DNA of 64,000 nt from Myxococcota bacterium (GCA_023150835.1 JAKLKB010000001.1:1-64000); one strand, 5' to 3'; positions 9,549-20,219 are shown, counted from the stretch's first letter. Numbers and translations are program-made. Notes: generated from the sequence alone by a model not told the origin.

Positions 9549-11207
9549 ATGTATCAGTACAATACGTTGGATCAACAGATCGTCGATGAGCGAGTGAAGC
9601 AGTTTCGAGATCAAGTCCAGCGGCGTTTGGGTGGAAAGCTGACAGAAGACGAGTTTCGTCCGCTGCGTTTAATGAATGGCCTGTATATGCAGCGGCATGC
9701 TTATATGTTGCGGGTAGCGATACCTTATGGGCTGTTGTCATCGCGGCAGTTGCGGATGTTGGCGCATATTGCGGCGCGGTATGATCGGGGGTTTGGGCAT
9801 TTTACAACGCGCCAAAATATCCAGTACAACTGGCCCGAATTGGAAGATGTGCCGGATATCCTTGCGGCTTTAGCGTCGGTGCAGATGCACGCGATCCAAA
9901 CGAGCGGAAACTGCATCCGTAACATTACGGCGGATCCGTTGGCGGGCGTCGCAGGAGACGAGATCGAAGATCCCCGTCCTTACTGCGAGTTGATGCGCCA
10001 GTATTCCACTTTTCATCCTGAGTTTTCGTATCTTCCGCGCAAGTTTAAGATCGCGATGACAGGGGCCACACATGATCGCGCAGCTGTGGCCTTTCACGAT
10101 ATCGGCGTTCGTTTGGTCAAGAACGAACAAGGGGAGATCGGATGCCAAGTGATCGTCGGTGGCGGTTTGGGCCGTACACCCGTGATCGGCGAAGTGATCC
10201 ATCCTTTCTTAGAGAAAAAGCACCTGCTGTCGTACATCGAGGCGATCGTGCGGGTGTACAACTTACATGGCAACCGCGACAACAAGTTTAAGGCGCGGAT
10301 CAAGATCTTGGTGCGTGAGTTGGGGATCGAAGAGTTTCGCCGCCAAGTCGAAGAAGAATGGGCGCATTTTCGGGATGGAGCCATGCAAGTCCCCGACGAA
10401 GAGATCGCACGCCTCAAGTCCTTTTTCCCGAATCCTCCCTATGAGAGCGATGCTGCCGAAGATCGGTCGTTTGAGGCGGAGGCTGCGGAAAACAAGGCTT
10501 TTGCGCGATGGTTGAAGTACAACGTCTCAAGCCACAAAGTTCCGGGATACAACGTTGTGTCGATCTCGTTAAAGATCCCGGGTACGCCCACAGGTGACAT
10601 CACCGATCCACAAATGCTCGCCCTTGCCGATCTGGCCGATCGATACAGCTTTGGCATGATCAGCTCGACCCATGAGCAAAACCTTGTGCTTCAGGATGTG
10701 AAAAACGCGGATCTGTTCGTTTTGTGGAAGGCGCTGGATCCGCTCAAGCTGGCGTGGCCGAATATCGGGACGCTGACGGATCAGATCTGCTGCCCGGGCC
10801 TTGATTATTGTAGCCTTGCGAACGCTTCTTCGATCCCGATCGCCGAGGCGATCGCGCAGCGTTTTGACAACCTTGATTACCTGTATGATCTGGGCGAGTT
10901 GAAGCTGAAGATGTCGGGTTGTATCAACGCCTGTGGTCATCATCATGTCGGACACATCGGCATCTTGGGGATCGATAAACGCGGAGAAGAATTTTATCAG
11001 ATCATGCTTGGCGGTAGTGCTTCGGATGATGCGTCGCTGGGGCAATGGTTGGGGCCTGCGATCGCACGCGATGAGATCGTCGATGCGGTGGGACGGCTGT
11101 TAGAGGCCTACGTCGGGTGTCGCGAAGAAGGCGAGCGCTTTTTGGATACGTATCGTCGAGTTGGACCCGAGCCGTTTAAGGAAAAAGTCTATGCAAAAGA
11201 TCATTAA
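9549..11207 (+). CDS. cysI: Nitrite/sulfite reductase hemoprotein (CysI-like)
   Basis: LRLMNGLYMQRHAYMLRV, HFTTRQNIQ, LPRKFKI, and siroheme/[4Fe-4S] cysteines CCPGLDYC and SGCINAC. Confidence 0.93.
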   Translation: MYQYNTLDQQIVDERVKQFRDQVQRRLGGKLTEDEFRPLRLMNGLYMQRHAYMLRVAIPYGLLSSRQLRMLAHIAARYDRGFGHFTTRQNIQYNWPELEDVPDILAALASVQMHAIQTSGNCIRNITADPLAGVAGDEIEDPRPYCELMRQYSTFHPEFSYLPRKFKIAMTGATHDRAAVAFHDIGVRLVKNEQGEIGCQVIVGGGLGRTPVIGEVIHPFLEKKHLLSYIEAIVRVYNLHGNRDNKFKARIKILVRELGIEEFRRQVEEEWAHFRDGAMQVPDEEIARLKSFFPNPPYESDAAEDRSFEAEAAENKAFARWLKYNVSSHKVPGYNVVSISLKIPGTPTGDITDPQMLALADLADRYSFGMISSTHEQNLVLQDVKNADLFVLWKALDPLKLAWPNIGTLTDQICCPGLDYCSLANASSIPIAEAIAQRFDNLDYLYDLGELKLKMSGCINACGHHHVGHIGILGIDKRGEEFYQIMLGGSASDDASLGQWLGPAIARDEIVDAVGRLLEAYVGCREEGERFLDTYRRVGPEPFKEKVYAKDH

Positions 11208-11688
11208 GGATCGGCAGATCGTCGAGGATCGTTGGCAGCGGGTGGGTGCGCAAGAGGCGTTGCCTGCGGGGGATGTGATCGTGCCTTGGTCGCGTTGGAA
11301 AGCCGAGCAAGAGGCGCTGTTGGCACATGAAGGCAAGGTGGCGATCTGGCTGACGGGGAAAGACAACCCGCGTGAGTTGAAAGAAGAACTGGTACGCTTC
11401 GAGATGATCGCGATCGACTTCCCCAACTTCAACGATGGTCGGGGTTATTCGATTGCGCGGATCTTGCGTGATGAACTCGGATACACGGGCGAGTTGCGAG
11501 CGCTTGGTGATGTTTTGCGAGATCAGATCTTTTATCTTGCGCGTTGCGGGTTCAACGCCTTTGAAGTGCGCAAAGACAAAGATCTCGAAGAAGCCCTTGC
11601 AGGACTCCATGATTTTCATGTGATGTATCAAGCTGCGTCTGATCATACAAAGCCGATCTATCGGCGGTTTGGAGGCATGGGGGCATGA
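11191..11688 (+). CDS. DUF934 protein (usual partner of this sulfite reductase type)
   Basis: IAIDFPNFNDGRGYSIARILR...GELRALGDVLRDQ...RCGFNAF. Overlaps the cysI stop. Confidence 0.93.
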   Translation: MQKIIKDRQIVEDRWQRVGAQEALPAGDVIVPWSRWKAEQEALLAHEGKVAIWLTGKDNPRELKEELVRFEMIAIDFPNFNDGRGYSIARILRDELGYTGELRALGDVLRDQIFYLARCGFNAFEVRKDKDLEEALAGLHDFHVMYQAASDHTKPIYRRFGGMGA

Positions 11689-12197
11689 AGCATGTGTATC
11701 TTGTCGGATTTCCGGGTACGGGGACGGTGGCGATCGGAAAGAAGCTTTATGAGCGTTTGGCACTGCCCTTTTTCGATCTGGATGCGCGGCTTGAAAAGGC
11801 TCACGGCTCGGACTTGATGGCGCTTTTTCGTCGCCTTGGGCGCGATGCGTTCGGACGCGCTACAAGCCAGATGCTGCGATCCCTCGCTGCCGAGCCTCCA
11901 GCAGTCGTGGCCGTCGCAGATCACGTCCCGTTGTCCGATGAAGATTGGGCTTTGATCAAACAAAGCGGACACAGCATCTATATCCAACGCCCCGCAGAGC
12001 GGCTTTTTTGGCGTCTCCGCCACGATCGTAAGCTACCGATCTTTGCGGATGTTCCGCCCGAAGAGCGCAAAGGCTTCATCGAAGCGCAACTTGTCGAGCG
12101 CGAAGGCCGTTACAAAGAGGCCGATATCGTCTTGTTTTGTTACCACGAAGAAGTCCCCGATATCGCGAAGTTGATCGCAGAAAAGCTATCGACCTAG
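11685..12197 (+). CDS. Shikimate kinase-like protein with a degenerate P-loop
   Basis: VYLVGFPGTGTVAIGK, FFDLD and R...Y..AD motifs. ATGA overlap with DUF934. Confidence 0.75.
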   Translation: MKHVYLVGFPGTGTVAIGKKLYERLALPFFDLDARLEKAHGSDLMALFRRLGRDAFGRATSQMLRSLAAEPPAVVAVADHVPLSDEDWALIKQSGHSIYIQRPAERLFWRLRHDRKLPIFADVPPEERKGFIEAQLVEREGRYKEADIVLFCYHEEVPDIAKLIAEKLST

Positions 12198-12337
12198 CGT
12201 GTCCCCAACGCCGCTCCAACCCTCTTTGATCTGGGCGGCGGCTCGTCGGCAGGTATCGCGTACGGGCCACACGATCACACCACGTTTTCGGATGGGATGG
12301 TGCGTATCGCTGACGGTTGTGGGGGATGGTGTTGCGC

Positions 12338-13357
12338 TCAAGAGCCTCGGTAGGTGGAGAAGCCGAAAGGGCTGATCAGCAGAGGGACATGGTAGTGTTC
12401 GTCGGTGGCGTGGATGGCGAAAGTGACGAGTACTTCGGGGTAAAAGGTGGGCGTTTGACGTGCGGCAAAATAAGTGCCTGTGTCAAAACGCATCTGATAG
12501 ACGCCTGTTTGTAGGCTACCGGGGGCGAGCAGATCGCCGATTCGGCCATCGTTGTTGGTGGTTCCGCTTGCAAGGAGCTTCCACTCGCCCGATCCGTCGC
12601 GTTTGTAGAGCTGGATGGGGAGTTGGGTCGCGGGCTTTCCGAGGTGGGTATCGAGTGCGTGTGTGGTGATCGGGCTGCGCATGGAGGCTCCTGTGGTGTG
12701 TGTGGTTTGGGGTGACGAAGGCGCTTGGAGGAGAGCGGGGGAGGGGACACGGGAGGCGTGTGGAGCGGCGTTTGGGTCTGGGGTGGTGTTTGGGTGTGGA
12801 GCGGAGGCAGAGGGCTGTGTGTGGTTTGACGTGTTTGGGGTCGGAGGGTCGAGGAGTTTGCGAAGTCGGATCGCAGTGATCTTGGCTTGTTCGGCAGCAG
12901 CGATGGGGAGTTCGATCTCAGGGGGGTTGGGGAGCCGGTGTTGGAGCAAAGCCAACATCTCTTCGGCGGTTTTGCCTGTTGCGCACACGATGAAGATGTA
13001 TCCAAAGCGCTGTTCGTAGCGGCGGTTTCCATCGGCGAGAGCTTGAAGGATGGACTCGTTGGCTTGTTGGACGGCGGATTGTTCTTGGCCGGACCATTGG
13101 TGCGTTTGTGGAAATCGTGCGCGTAGACTTTGCATATCGGAGCCGATCTTGGGGTGATGGGAAAAGGCTTCGAGGATATCGGCTCGTTCCATGGTGGCCC
13201 AGATCCGTTCGGCGGTCGCAAACACGGCGTTATCATCGGCAAATGGGCGCGATTGGAGCATGGCTTCGACCCAACGCGAAGCGCCGCAGCAGCGGGTTAG
13301 AGCGGTTCGACAACTTGCAGGATCGAGGGCATTGAGGTGTTGGGCGATCAAGGTCAT
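12338..13357 (-). CDS. Fused OHCU decarboxylase (UraD) + 5-hydroxyisourate hydrolase (UraH)
   Basis: N-terminal HPKIG, YEQRFGYIFIVCATGK and EQAKITAIRL. C-terminal ITTHALDT, FYPEV and HYHVPLLISPFGFSTYRGS. Confidence 0.92.
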   Translation of the reverse strand: MTLIAQHLNALDPASCRTALTRCCGASRWVEAMLQSRPFADDNAVFATAERIWATMERADILEAFSHHPKIGSDMQSLRARFPQTHQWSGQEQSAVQQANESILQALADGNRRYEQRFGYIFIVCATGKTAEEMLALLQHRLPNPPEIELPIAAAEQAKITAIRLRKLLDPPTPNTSNHTQPSASAPHPNTTPDPNAAPHASRVPSPALLQAPSSPQTTHTTGASMRSPITTHALDTHLGKPATQLPIQLYKRDGSGEWKLLASGTTNNDGRIGDLLAPGSLQTGVYQMRFDTGTYFAARQTPTFYPEVLVTFAIHATDEHYHVPLLISPFGFSTYRGS

Positions 13358-13527
13358 GGCTGTGTACTCGGTGGATTGGTGGATCGGTGGAGAAGTTTGG
13401 AATTGTGGATACCGCGATCACTGCATGATTCCACTCGCGTATCTGCTCAAATCAAAGGGTCGGGGCTGTGGATCGTGCGATGAATGCGAAACGAACCGTC
13501 GTTTTGTGGAAGGGGGCTTCTTCGCGA

Positions 13528-14679
13528 TCAGGGTTGATAAACCCCTTTGAGGATGTGGCCATCGCTCGCGAGAAAGAAGAGATTGTCTTTGTCTGCAAAA
13601 TGAAGCCCCCGTAGTTCAGAGCGTTCCGGCAAAAAGCCTTCTTGGAAATCGAAGCGCTCCCACGAATTGCCTTTGTTGAGGCTGATGTAATAGTACTTCC
13701 GCGAGACGATCGCCATACGATTCGCACCGTCCGAAGAGATGGCGCGCAAGTCATCATCGTTCGAGGGCAGAGGGATTTGTTGATATCGGGTCCACGTTGC
13801 GCCGCCATCCGTTGTCCGATACACCGCTCCTTGCGTGCCCACAGCGTAACCGATCAGTTTGTCTTGCAAGAAATGAATGTCCCGAAGCGTTGGGAGGCTG
13901 CTCTCTTGTTGAAGCACTTTCCACGCCGCTCCGTTGTCTTCGGTCAAAAAGATCCCGCCCTGATCACCCACGACGAAGATCTTCGAACCCACAAGCACCA
14001 TCCCTTCGAGCTGTGCGTTTGTCATCGATGCTCCGACAGCAAGAGGGGACCATGTTTCCCCGCGATCAACGGTTCGATAAAATTGACCCGAGCGACCCGC
14101 CGCGACAGCGACCGTATCGGTGATCCATACGACCGCACGCAGACGAGCGTCTTTTTGGTCTTTTTTGCCCGTCCATACGGATGTCCACGTTCGGCCTGTA
14201 TCTTTTGAAAGCATGATCTGCCCTTGAAAAGGCGTCGCTTCTTCGCCACCTACCGCAAGCACGCGACTTTCTCGAATAGACAGATGTTTCACACTCCCCA
14301 CCAACGCAGGAGGAGCGATATCCAGCCACACCGACTTGTCTTCCGTGAGGAAGATGGACTCACCACCCACGATCTGCACCGCAGAAGTGGACACCATGTG
14401 CGACAAGGCTTTGGCATCGCCCACATTCACGCGGGTGAAAGAATAGGGATATCTTGTATTCGTTTGCTCGGCGTTTTGCTCGATGCTGGTTTCGCTTGTG
14501 GGTTCGGGGATGATCTCACCGCCTTCTGGTCGCCATGTATCGGCTTCTTTGATCACTTCTTCGTCTGGGTTTGGTCCCGGGCAAGCCGCAAAGACGGACA
14601 AAAATGGCAAGGCCGCCAACGCAGCAAAACATAGGGATGTTTGAACAAAGCGACGCCAGTTGAATTGTTGTGCAACCAT
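13528..14679 (-). CDS. Secreted BNR/YCF48-type beta-propeller protein
   Basis: Signal peptide plus Asp-box repeats (SKDTGRTW, TVDRGETW, TEDNGAAW, TTDGGATW). Confidence 0.85.
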   Translation of the reverse strand: MVAQQFNWRRFVQTSLCFAALAALPFLSVFAACPGPNPDEEVIKEADTWRPEGGEIIPEPTSETSIEQNAEQTNTRYPYSFTRVNVGDAKALSHMVSTSAVQIVGGESIFLTEDKSVWLDIAPPALVGSVKHLSIRESRVLAVGGEEATPFQGQIMLSKDTGRTWTSVWTGKKDQKDARLRAVVWITDTVAVAAGRSGQFYRTVDRGETWSPLAVGASMTNAQLEGMVLVGSKIFVVGDQGGIFLTEDNGAAWKVLQQESSLPTLRDIHFLQDKLIGYAVGTQGAVYRTTDGGATWTRYQQIPLPSNDDDLRAISSDGANRMAIVSRKYYYISLNKGNSWERFDFQEGFLPERSELRGLHFADKDNLFFLASDGHILKGVYQP

Positions 14680-14727
14680 GCAAAAAATTCTCCTTTTTTT
14701 ATACGCAAAACAAGCAAGAGTCTTGGC

Positions 14728-15972
14728 TTACCATCCCGAACCCATCCACGGCACACACCGCCCATGGCCATCACAACGCGTCTCTTTGGCGCATACCGAA
14801 ACACAGCGTCTGAGGCGTGCGTCAAACCGCATACAACGTATCTGCAAACAAACTTGCCCATGCACACAGCGCCCTTGCACGCACCGCTGGTTCTCAAAGC
14901 AAAGGGGTACACAGCGCTTTTGTCGGACATCATAACGCAAGCACTGCGTCCGTGGGCAACGCACCCTCAGCGGCAAACAACGCCCTTCTCCATCACAGCG
15001 CGTATGAGCAGGGCAGATCACGGTACATCGGTTTTGTTGTTTGTCGAGGTGCGAACAGTCTTGCCAACGACACAAGAGAGGCGGCGAACGTCTCAATGGA
15101 GCGATGGCAGGCGATAAAGGGCGCAATGTCGGCGGCGTAGAGGGATTTGTCGAAGTGGAGGGGTTAGTCGAAGTGGAAGGATCGGTCGAAGTGGAGGGGT
15201 TAGTCGAAGTGGAAGGATTTGTCGAAGTGGAAGGATTTGTCGAAGTGGAAGGATTTGTCGAAGTGGAAGGATTTGTCGAAGTGGAGGGATTTGTCGAAGT
15301 GGAGGGGTTGGTCGAAGTGGAGGGGTTGGTCGGAGATTCAACCGGGGTCCCAAGACGTGGGGGAGAGCGTCGGGTTGCGCCGAGACGTCGGCAACGCCCC
15401 AACGTGCAGCGAGTTCCGTTTTGGCAGTGCGAGCGACAAAGTCGCAAGGTCGGATCCCATCGCAAACATTCGGCTGGATCGCATAGAAGCGCGCCGCTTC
15501 CTTCGGTGCATCGGTCTTCTGCGCACTTAAGTGAGCAGCACTCTTGAGCTCGTGAGCATCTTTCCCCTGTGGAGCGGCACGAACCACCACAGCGGCTTTC
15601 TGTGCAATGCGCCTGACAGCACTCGCTGCCTTGTGTGCAGGGGTATCCTTCGGGGCGACAAAACGCCGTACAGATGCCTTTTCGGCACGAAAGCTCTCCG
15701 CAGCAAGGTTGGTTGGGCTTGCACGTTTTCCCTTCGGCGCGGCACAGCGGAGCGCTAGATGCGTTGTATGTTCCCATCCACGCTCCCAACAACCATATCG
15801 CAAACAGGGCGCGTAGGATCGCCTGCGCTCTCCATCTGTTCGAAGATTTTGCAACATAAGTTTTGTGGATGCGCCCCCTCCCGTCGATGTGTGCTGACAT
15901 CGACCGCCCGCACGGAAAATCAGCACGCATCGGTCCGAAAATTTTGTGGGTTTGCGCCTTCTGCGTCTGCAT
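14728..15972 (-). CDS. Secreted Cys-rich protein with an (STNPST)n linker; start uncertain
   Basis: CR..G..C.....CC repeats, C.RFD.RLR.C modules and a signal-like hydrophobic segment. Confidence 0.75.
   Translation of the reverse strand: MQTQKAQTHKIFGPMRADFPCGRSMSAHIDGRGRIHKTYVAKSSNRWRAQAILRALFAIWLLGAWMGTYNASSAPLCRAEGKTCKPNQPCCGELSCRKGICTAFCRPEGYPCTQGSECCQAHCTESRCGGSCRSTGERCSRAQECCSLKCAEDRCTEGSGALLCDPAECLRWDPTLRLCRSHCQNGTRCTLGRCRRLGATRRSPPRLGTPVESPTNPSTSTNPSTSTNPSTSTNPSTSTNPSTSTNPSTSTNPSTSTNPSTSTDPSTSTNPSTSTNPSTPPTLRPLSPAIAPLRRSPPLLCRWQDCSHLDKQQNRCTVICPAHTRCDGEGRCLPLRVRCPRTQCLRYDVRQKRCVPLCFENQRCVQGRCVHGQVCLQIRCMRFDARLRRCVSVCAKETRCDGHGRCVPWMGSGW
15136..15333 (-). repeat. 18-bp tandem repeat, ~11 copies
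   Basis: GTCGAAGTGGARGGRTTN units on the + strand. Confidence 0.9.
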
Positions 15973-16109
15973 ACAACAGGCCCTTCTTTGTTTCTGTTCT
16001 TCCCAAAACCGCTCCTAACATATCTATTTCGCCTCGTGATGGCAAACGCTTCGTTTTGATGGAGATCAAATTCCACTCCTGCTTCTTTCCCAAGCATCGC
16101 CTCCACTCC

Positions 16110-16167
16110 TTGACAAAGAAATCTTGAGCGAGTACCTTCACCGACCATTGAAGTGAACGGGGATTCA
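16110..16167 (+). promoter_or_regulatory. Sigma70-like promoter (TTGACA-17-TACCTT) with candidate TetR operator TGAACGGGGATTCA
   Basis: -35 at 16110-16115, -10 at 16133-16138, imperfect palindrome at 16154-16167. Confidence 0.55.
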
Positions 16168-16187
16168 GCCTTGAGGGAGTAGTCTGA

Positions 16188-16847
16188 GTGATGAGTGGGC
16201 GACCAAGCAAAAGAGAAGATGCCAAGCGGCCATCGACGGAGGAAAAGTACTCGACGAAACAAGAGCGGATCTTGCGTGCTGCGATCGGAGTCCTTGCGGA
16301 GCGGGGGTTTCACCGAACAACGATTCACGATATCGCACAGGCTGCGGGAGTGGCGGATGGTACGATCTATTTGTATTTCAAAAACAAAGATCAATTGTTG
16401 ATCGAGTTATTCGAAGAGGTGATGGCGCGAGCGTTGCGGCTGTTTCGGGATGCGTTGCGGGAGGAACAAGAGGCCGAAGGCAAACTACGCGCCTTTTTGC
16501 ATACCCACCTACGTCTTGTCGAACATGACCCCGAAGTGGCGCAGATTATTTCTGTGGAGCTTCGCCAGTCTTCGATCTTCATCAAAGAGTATAAGAACCC
16601 GTTGTTTGGGGAGTACCTCAAGATCATCGGGGAGATCCTACAAGAAGGGATCGAAGAAGGTGTTTTTCGCTCCGATCTGCGGCCTTCTTTGATCACGCGA
16701 GCGATCTTTGGTGCGATGGACGAGATATCGCTGGCGTGGCTGTTGTCGCGTCGTGACCTTTCGCTCGAAGAGTCCGCAGAAGCGCTCTGTGAGATGATCT
16801 TGCAAGGAGTTCGACGATGCCCTGTTTCTGCACCAAGCGGTGCTTAG
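16188..16847 (+). CDS. TetR family regulator (FadR/YsiA-like)
   Basis: IAQAAGVADGTIYLYFKNKDQLL, ELRQS and IFGAMDE motifs. Lies upstream of etfBA, as in Bacillus fadR loci. Confidence 0.9.
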   Translation: MMSGRPSKREDAKRPSTEEKYSTKQERILRAAIGVLAERGFHRTTIHDIAQAAGVADGTIYLYFKNKDQLLIELFEEVMARALRLFRDALREEQEAEGKLRAFLHTHLRLVEHDPEVAQIISVELRQSSIFIKEYKNPLFGEYLKIIGEILQEGIEEGVFRSDLRPSLITRAIFGAMDEISLAWLLSRRDLSLEESAEALCEMILQGVRRCPVSAPSGA

Positions 16848-16922
16848 AGAGCGTCTTGCTATGTTCCGCAAATGCCAAGCGGAAACCATTCAAACTGTTG
16901 TTGAGTTAAGGAGACTTTTTCT

Positions 16923-17714
16923 ATGAAGATCCTCGTGACAACCAAACGTGTTGAACACTACGAGTCCAAGATCCGCATCAATGCCCAAGGTACAGGGATC
17001 GTGACGGACGGGTTGACTTATATGATCAATCCATTCGATGAGATCGCGCTTGAAGAAGCGGTGCGCCTCAAAGACGAACACAGCGCCGAAGTGGTGGTCG
17101 TGGCCATCGGAACAGAAGACGCGACCCAACAACTCCGTACGGGTTTGGCGATCGGGGCGGATCGCGCCATCCTCGTCAAAGCGACGCAACCGATCGATTC
17201 GGACGTTGCCGCCCGTATCCTCAAAGCAGTGGTCGATCGCGAAGAACCCAACCTTGTGTTGATGGGCAAACAAGCGATCGATGACGACGCCAACCAAACG
17301 GGACAACTTCTTGCCGAATTTCTTGGTTGGCCCCAAGCCACCTTCGCAGCCAAAACCGAATCGTTGGAATCGGAAGCCGAAAAACAAAAAGAACCTGCCA
17401 TCGACTTGGATGATGACACCGCAACGGTGGTGCGCGAGATCGACGGCGGTTTGGAAACGGTCGAGATCGATCTGCCTGCGGTGATCACGGTGGATTTGCG
17501 TCTCAATATCCCGCGCTATCCGGCACTTCCTAACATCATCAAGGCCAAGAAAAAGCCTCTCGACGAGTTGACCTTGGCGGATCTCGGCATCACCGCAGAA
17601 CCCAAAGTGACCGTCCTTGGCTACGAACCGCTGCCTGAGCGCCAAGCGGGTGTTGTGGTGGATAACGTTCAAACCTTGCTCGACAAACTCCAAAACGAAG
17701 CCAAAGTCCTCTAA
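16923..17714 (+). CDS. etfB: Electron transfer flavoprotein subunit beta
   Basis: INPFDEIALEEAVRLK, GKQAIDDDANQTGQ and DLRLNIPRY. Confidence 0.97.
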   Translation: MKILVTTKRVEHYESKIRINAQGTGIVTDGLTYMINPFDEIALEEAVRLKDEHSAEVVVVAIGTEDATQQLRTGLAIGADRAILVKATQPIDSDVAARILKAVVDREEPNLVLMGKQAIDDDANQTGQLLAEFLGWPQATFAAKTESLESEAEKQKEPAIDLDDDTATVVREIDGGLETVEIDLPAVITVDLRLNIPRYPALPNIIKAKKKPLDELTLADLGITAEPKVTVLGYEPLPERQAGVVVDNVQTLLDKLQNEAKVL

Positions 17715-17783
17715 TCATCGCTTTTTCACGCTTTTTTCGGATCGTGGGGCGCATGAAGCCCCGTCAATACAGGAGAATCGATC

Positions 17784-18752
17784 ATGGCAAGCATTCTCGT
17801 GATCGCCGAGCAATACAAAGGCAGCCTGCGCAAAGTGACCTTCAACGCGCTTGGATTCGCCAAACAAGCCGCCAACCAGCTCGGTCTCGATCTGCACATC
17901 TTTCTCGGTGGCAGCGATATCGGCGGTCTGGCCAAAGAACTTCAAGGCTACGGAGCCAAGGCCATCCATCTCGCCGATGATTCGGACTTGGAAGTGTATC
18001 GCACCGAACCTTATACCCAAGCGATCTGCGCGCTGGCTTCGGAGATCGACGCGCAGATGATTACAGGTGCCGCGACTGTTCAAGGAAAAGATCTGTTTCC
18101 TCGGATCGCAGGGCGTTTGGGGGCAGGGATGGCGTCGGATATCGTGGAAATGCTGCCTGACGGGACGTTCAAGCGCCCTGTGTGGGCGGGTTCGGTGATC
18201 GCCCGCGTGCGTGTCGAAACGGCGCAAAAAGTGGTGAGCATCCGCGCCACCGCGTTTGAAGCTCCAAAGCAGGGCAGCGATCAGGCCAAGGTCAACAAGT
18301 TCAATATCTCTCTTGAAGAGGCCGACAAAGTCCGCGTGGAGGACATGGAAGAAACCAAGTCCGAACGCCCCGAATTGACCGAAGCTCGCGTTGTGGTGTC
18401 GGGCGGTCGTTCGATGAAAGACGAAAAAGGCGTCAAGATGATCGAGTCCTTGGCGGACACGCTCAAGGCGGCGATGGGCGCTTCGCGTGCAGCGTGTGAT
18501 GCCGGCCTTGTCCCCAACGAACTCCAAGTCGGACAGACTGGAAAGGTCGTTGCACCCGAGCTTTACTTTGCCATCGGGATCTCAGGAGCCATCCAACACC
18601 TCGCAGGGATGAAAGGCTCGAAAGTGATCGTGGCGATCAACAAAGACCCCGAAGCCCCGATCTTCCAACTCGCCGATTATGGCTTTGTTGCGGATATGTT
18701 CAAAGTGGTCCCCGAGATGATCGAAGAGATCAAAAAGCGCAAAGGTGCTTGA
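17784..18752 (+). CDS. etfA: Electron transfer flavoprotein subunit alpha
   Basis: [29 protein letters not shown] and [11 protein letters not shown]. Confidence 0.97.
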   Translation: MASILVIAEQYKGSLRKVTFNALGFAKQAANQLGLDLHIFLGGSDIGGLAKELQGYGAKAIHLADDSDLEVYRTEPYTQAICALASEIDAQMITGAATVQGKDLFPRIAGRLGAGMASDIVEMLPDGTFKRPVWAGSVIARVRVETAQKVVSIRATAFEAPKQGSDQAKVNKFNISLEEADKVRVEDMEETKSERPELTEARVVVSGGRSMKDEKGVKMIESLADTLKAAMGASRAACDAGLVPNELQVGQTGKVVAPELYFAIGISGAIQHLAGMKGSKVIVAINKDPEAPIFQLADYGFVADMFKVVPEMIEEIKKRKGA

Positions 18753-18791
18753 TTTGATCAGGAACGCCGAATGTCGGGCCTCACGGTGGCT

Positions 18792-20057
18792 TTAATAGGC
18801 GAGTGTTTGGTCCGAATGAGGCTGGATGATCAGCGTTTTGCGTAAAGGCGGGTGGTGGGGGCGATAGAGCGAGATCGAATGAATGCCTGACGAAAATCCC
18901 CCAAGATAGGGCGTCCAGCCTCGGTAGTGATCGCCGACGAACAACCGCGCAGGTGGTGTTGCGAAGAGGCGTAGCGCACCCCCATGAGGCGGCGCAAGTA
19001 CCCCGATCTCGCGGGTTTCTTTGGTGGGCAAGATTACGATCTCTTTTTGCCAAAACATCCCGATGTATCCGTTGCGGATCGAGGCTTGATAGCGACCCGG
19101 GCGCAAGGGCAAACGCGCAACGGGGGTGGGGGCGTAAACACGGCCATCAAGCAAAAGAATTCCGGGTGGAAAACTGTGCAACGTCAAGAATCCATCGCCT
19201 TTTTGAGCGGCAAAAGGACGTACGGCTTTTTGCGCGATCGTGGGCGATTGCAACAATGGTGTGGCATCATCGCGCAAATAGAGACGTTCTCCCGAGGCAA
19301 GAAAAAGACACGGGTGGTTGGGCGGACAATACGGTCCGGGCGCACGGATCTGTTCGGTGGGCGGTTTGCCTCGTTGGTAGATCCGCAAAAAGACGCGGTG
19401 GTCTTCGTCTCGTTGAAAGCGAAAACCAAACCGGCCTCGACGATCCCCGATCACCAAGTGTTGACCCGCAGGCAACACGACCGAAAAACGCGCACGCGGG
19501 ACCTGCGGTGCCCCGATAGGGCGGAGCTTTGCCACTTCGATCACATGCGCACCCGCCGCGATCCGCAGGTAAGTCACAGGCAAACGACCCACCGAAAGAC
19601 CATCGATCCAACCTTCATAGTGTCGCGGCAGTGCAAAGCTGAAAACGCCCATCTCTGGGGGGATACGTTGTGGGACGCGTGAGGCATGGTGAAGGCTGGG
19701 TGGCGTGGTCGGTGTGATCGGCTTTGAGGCAGGTTGTGTGGAGAGCTTTGGGGTCGGTTGTGTCGTGATCTTTGAAGTAGGCTGTGTCATCGGTATTGGA
19801 GTAGGCCGTGTCATCGGTATTGGAGTAGGCCGTGTCATCGGTATTGGAGTAGGCCGTGTCATCGGTATTGGAGTGGGCCGTGTCGTGGGCGTTGGAGTGG
19901 GCCGTGTCGTGGGCGTTGGAGTGGCCGAAAGCGGCAAGGGAAAGAGAGCGAGGAGGCCAAACAAGCAAAGAGTCCGCACAAAAAAAGCAGGAAGAGGCCA
20001 AAGGTCCGAGCCTGTGGTAAGACGTGTTAAAACATGGGCAGAAGGGATGGTGTTCAA
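18792..20057 (-). CDS. Secreted PEGA-domain protein with 24-bp (PTPIPMTR) repeats
   Basis: G.L.L.S.PPG..L.DG....TP PEGA motifs. Repeats at about 19780-19925. Confidence 0.75.
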   Translation of the reverse strand: MNTIPSAHVLTRLTTGSDLWPLPAFFVRTLCLFGLLALFPLPLSATPTPTTRPTPTPTTRPTPIPMTRPTPIPMTRPTPIPMTRPTPIPMTQPTSKITTQPTPKLSTQPASKPITPTTPPSLHHASRVPQRIPPEMGVFSFALPRHYEGWIDGLSVGRLPVTYLRIAAGAHVIEVAKLRPIGAPQVPRARFSVVLPAGQHLVIGDRRGRFGFRFQRDEDHRVFLRIYQRGKPPTEQIRAPGPYCPPNHPCLFLASGERLYLRDDATPLLQSPTIAQKAVRPFAAQKGDGFLTLHSFPPGILLLDGRVYAPTPVARLPLRPGRYQASIRNGYIGMFWQKEIVILPTKETREIGVLAPPHGGALRLFATPPARLFVGDHYRGWTPYLGGFSSGIHSISLYRPHHPPLRKTLIIQPHSDQTLAY

Positions 20058-20219
20058 TTCGGTCTCCGTTTGATATCGTCGAAGCGTGTCTCCAAAAAAG
20101 GAGTGGCGTAGTCGCCAAAAAAAAGCCGTGTTCGCGCCGTTTCAAGCGGCAAAGCTGTTGTGTTGAAAAACCTGCGCTCTCTTCTCTAAACTCCTCGACC
20201 CCGCATTCGGGATGCGAAG

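Noticed and set aside
12268-12310. Additional family A copy
   Set aside because: Only ACGATCACAC...TCGGAT resembles one end. The core hairpin is absent.
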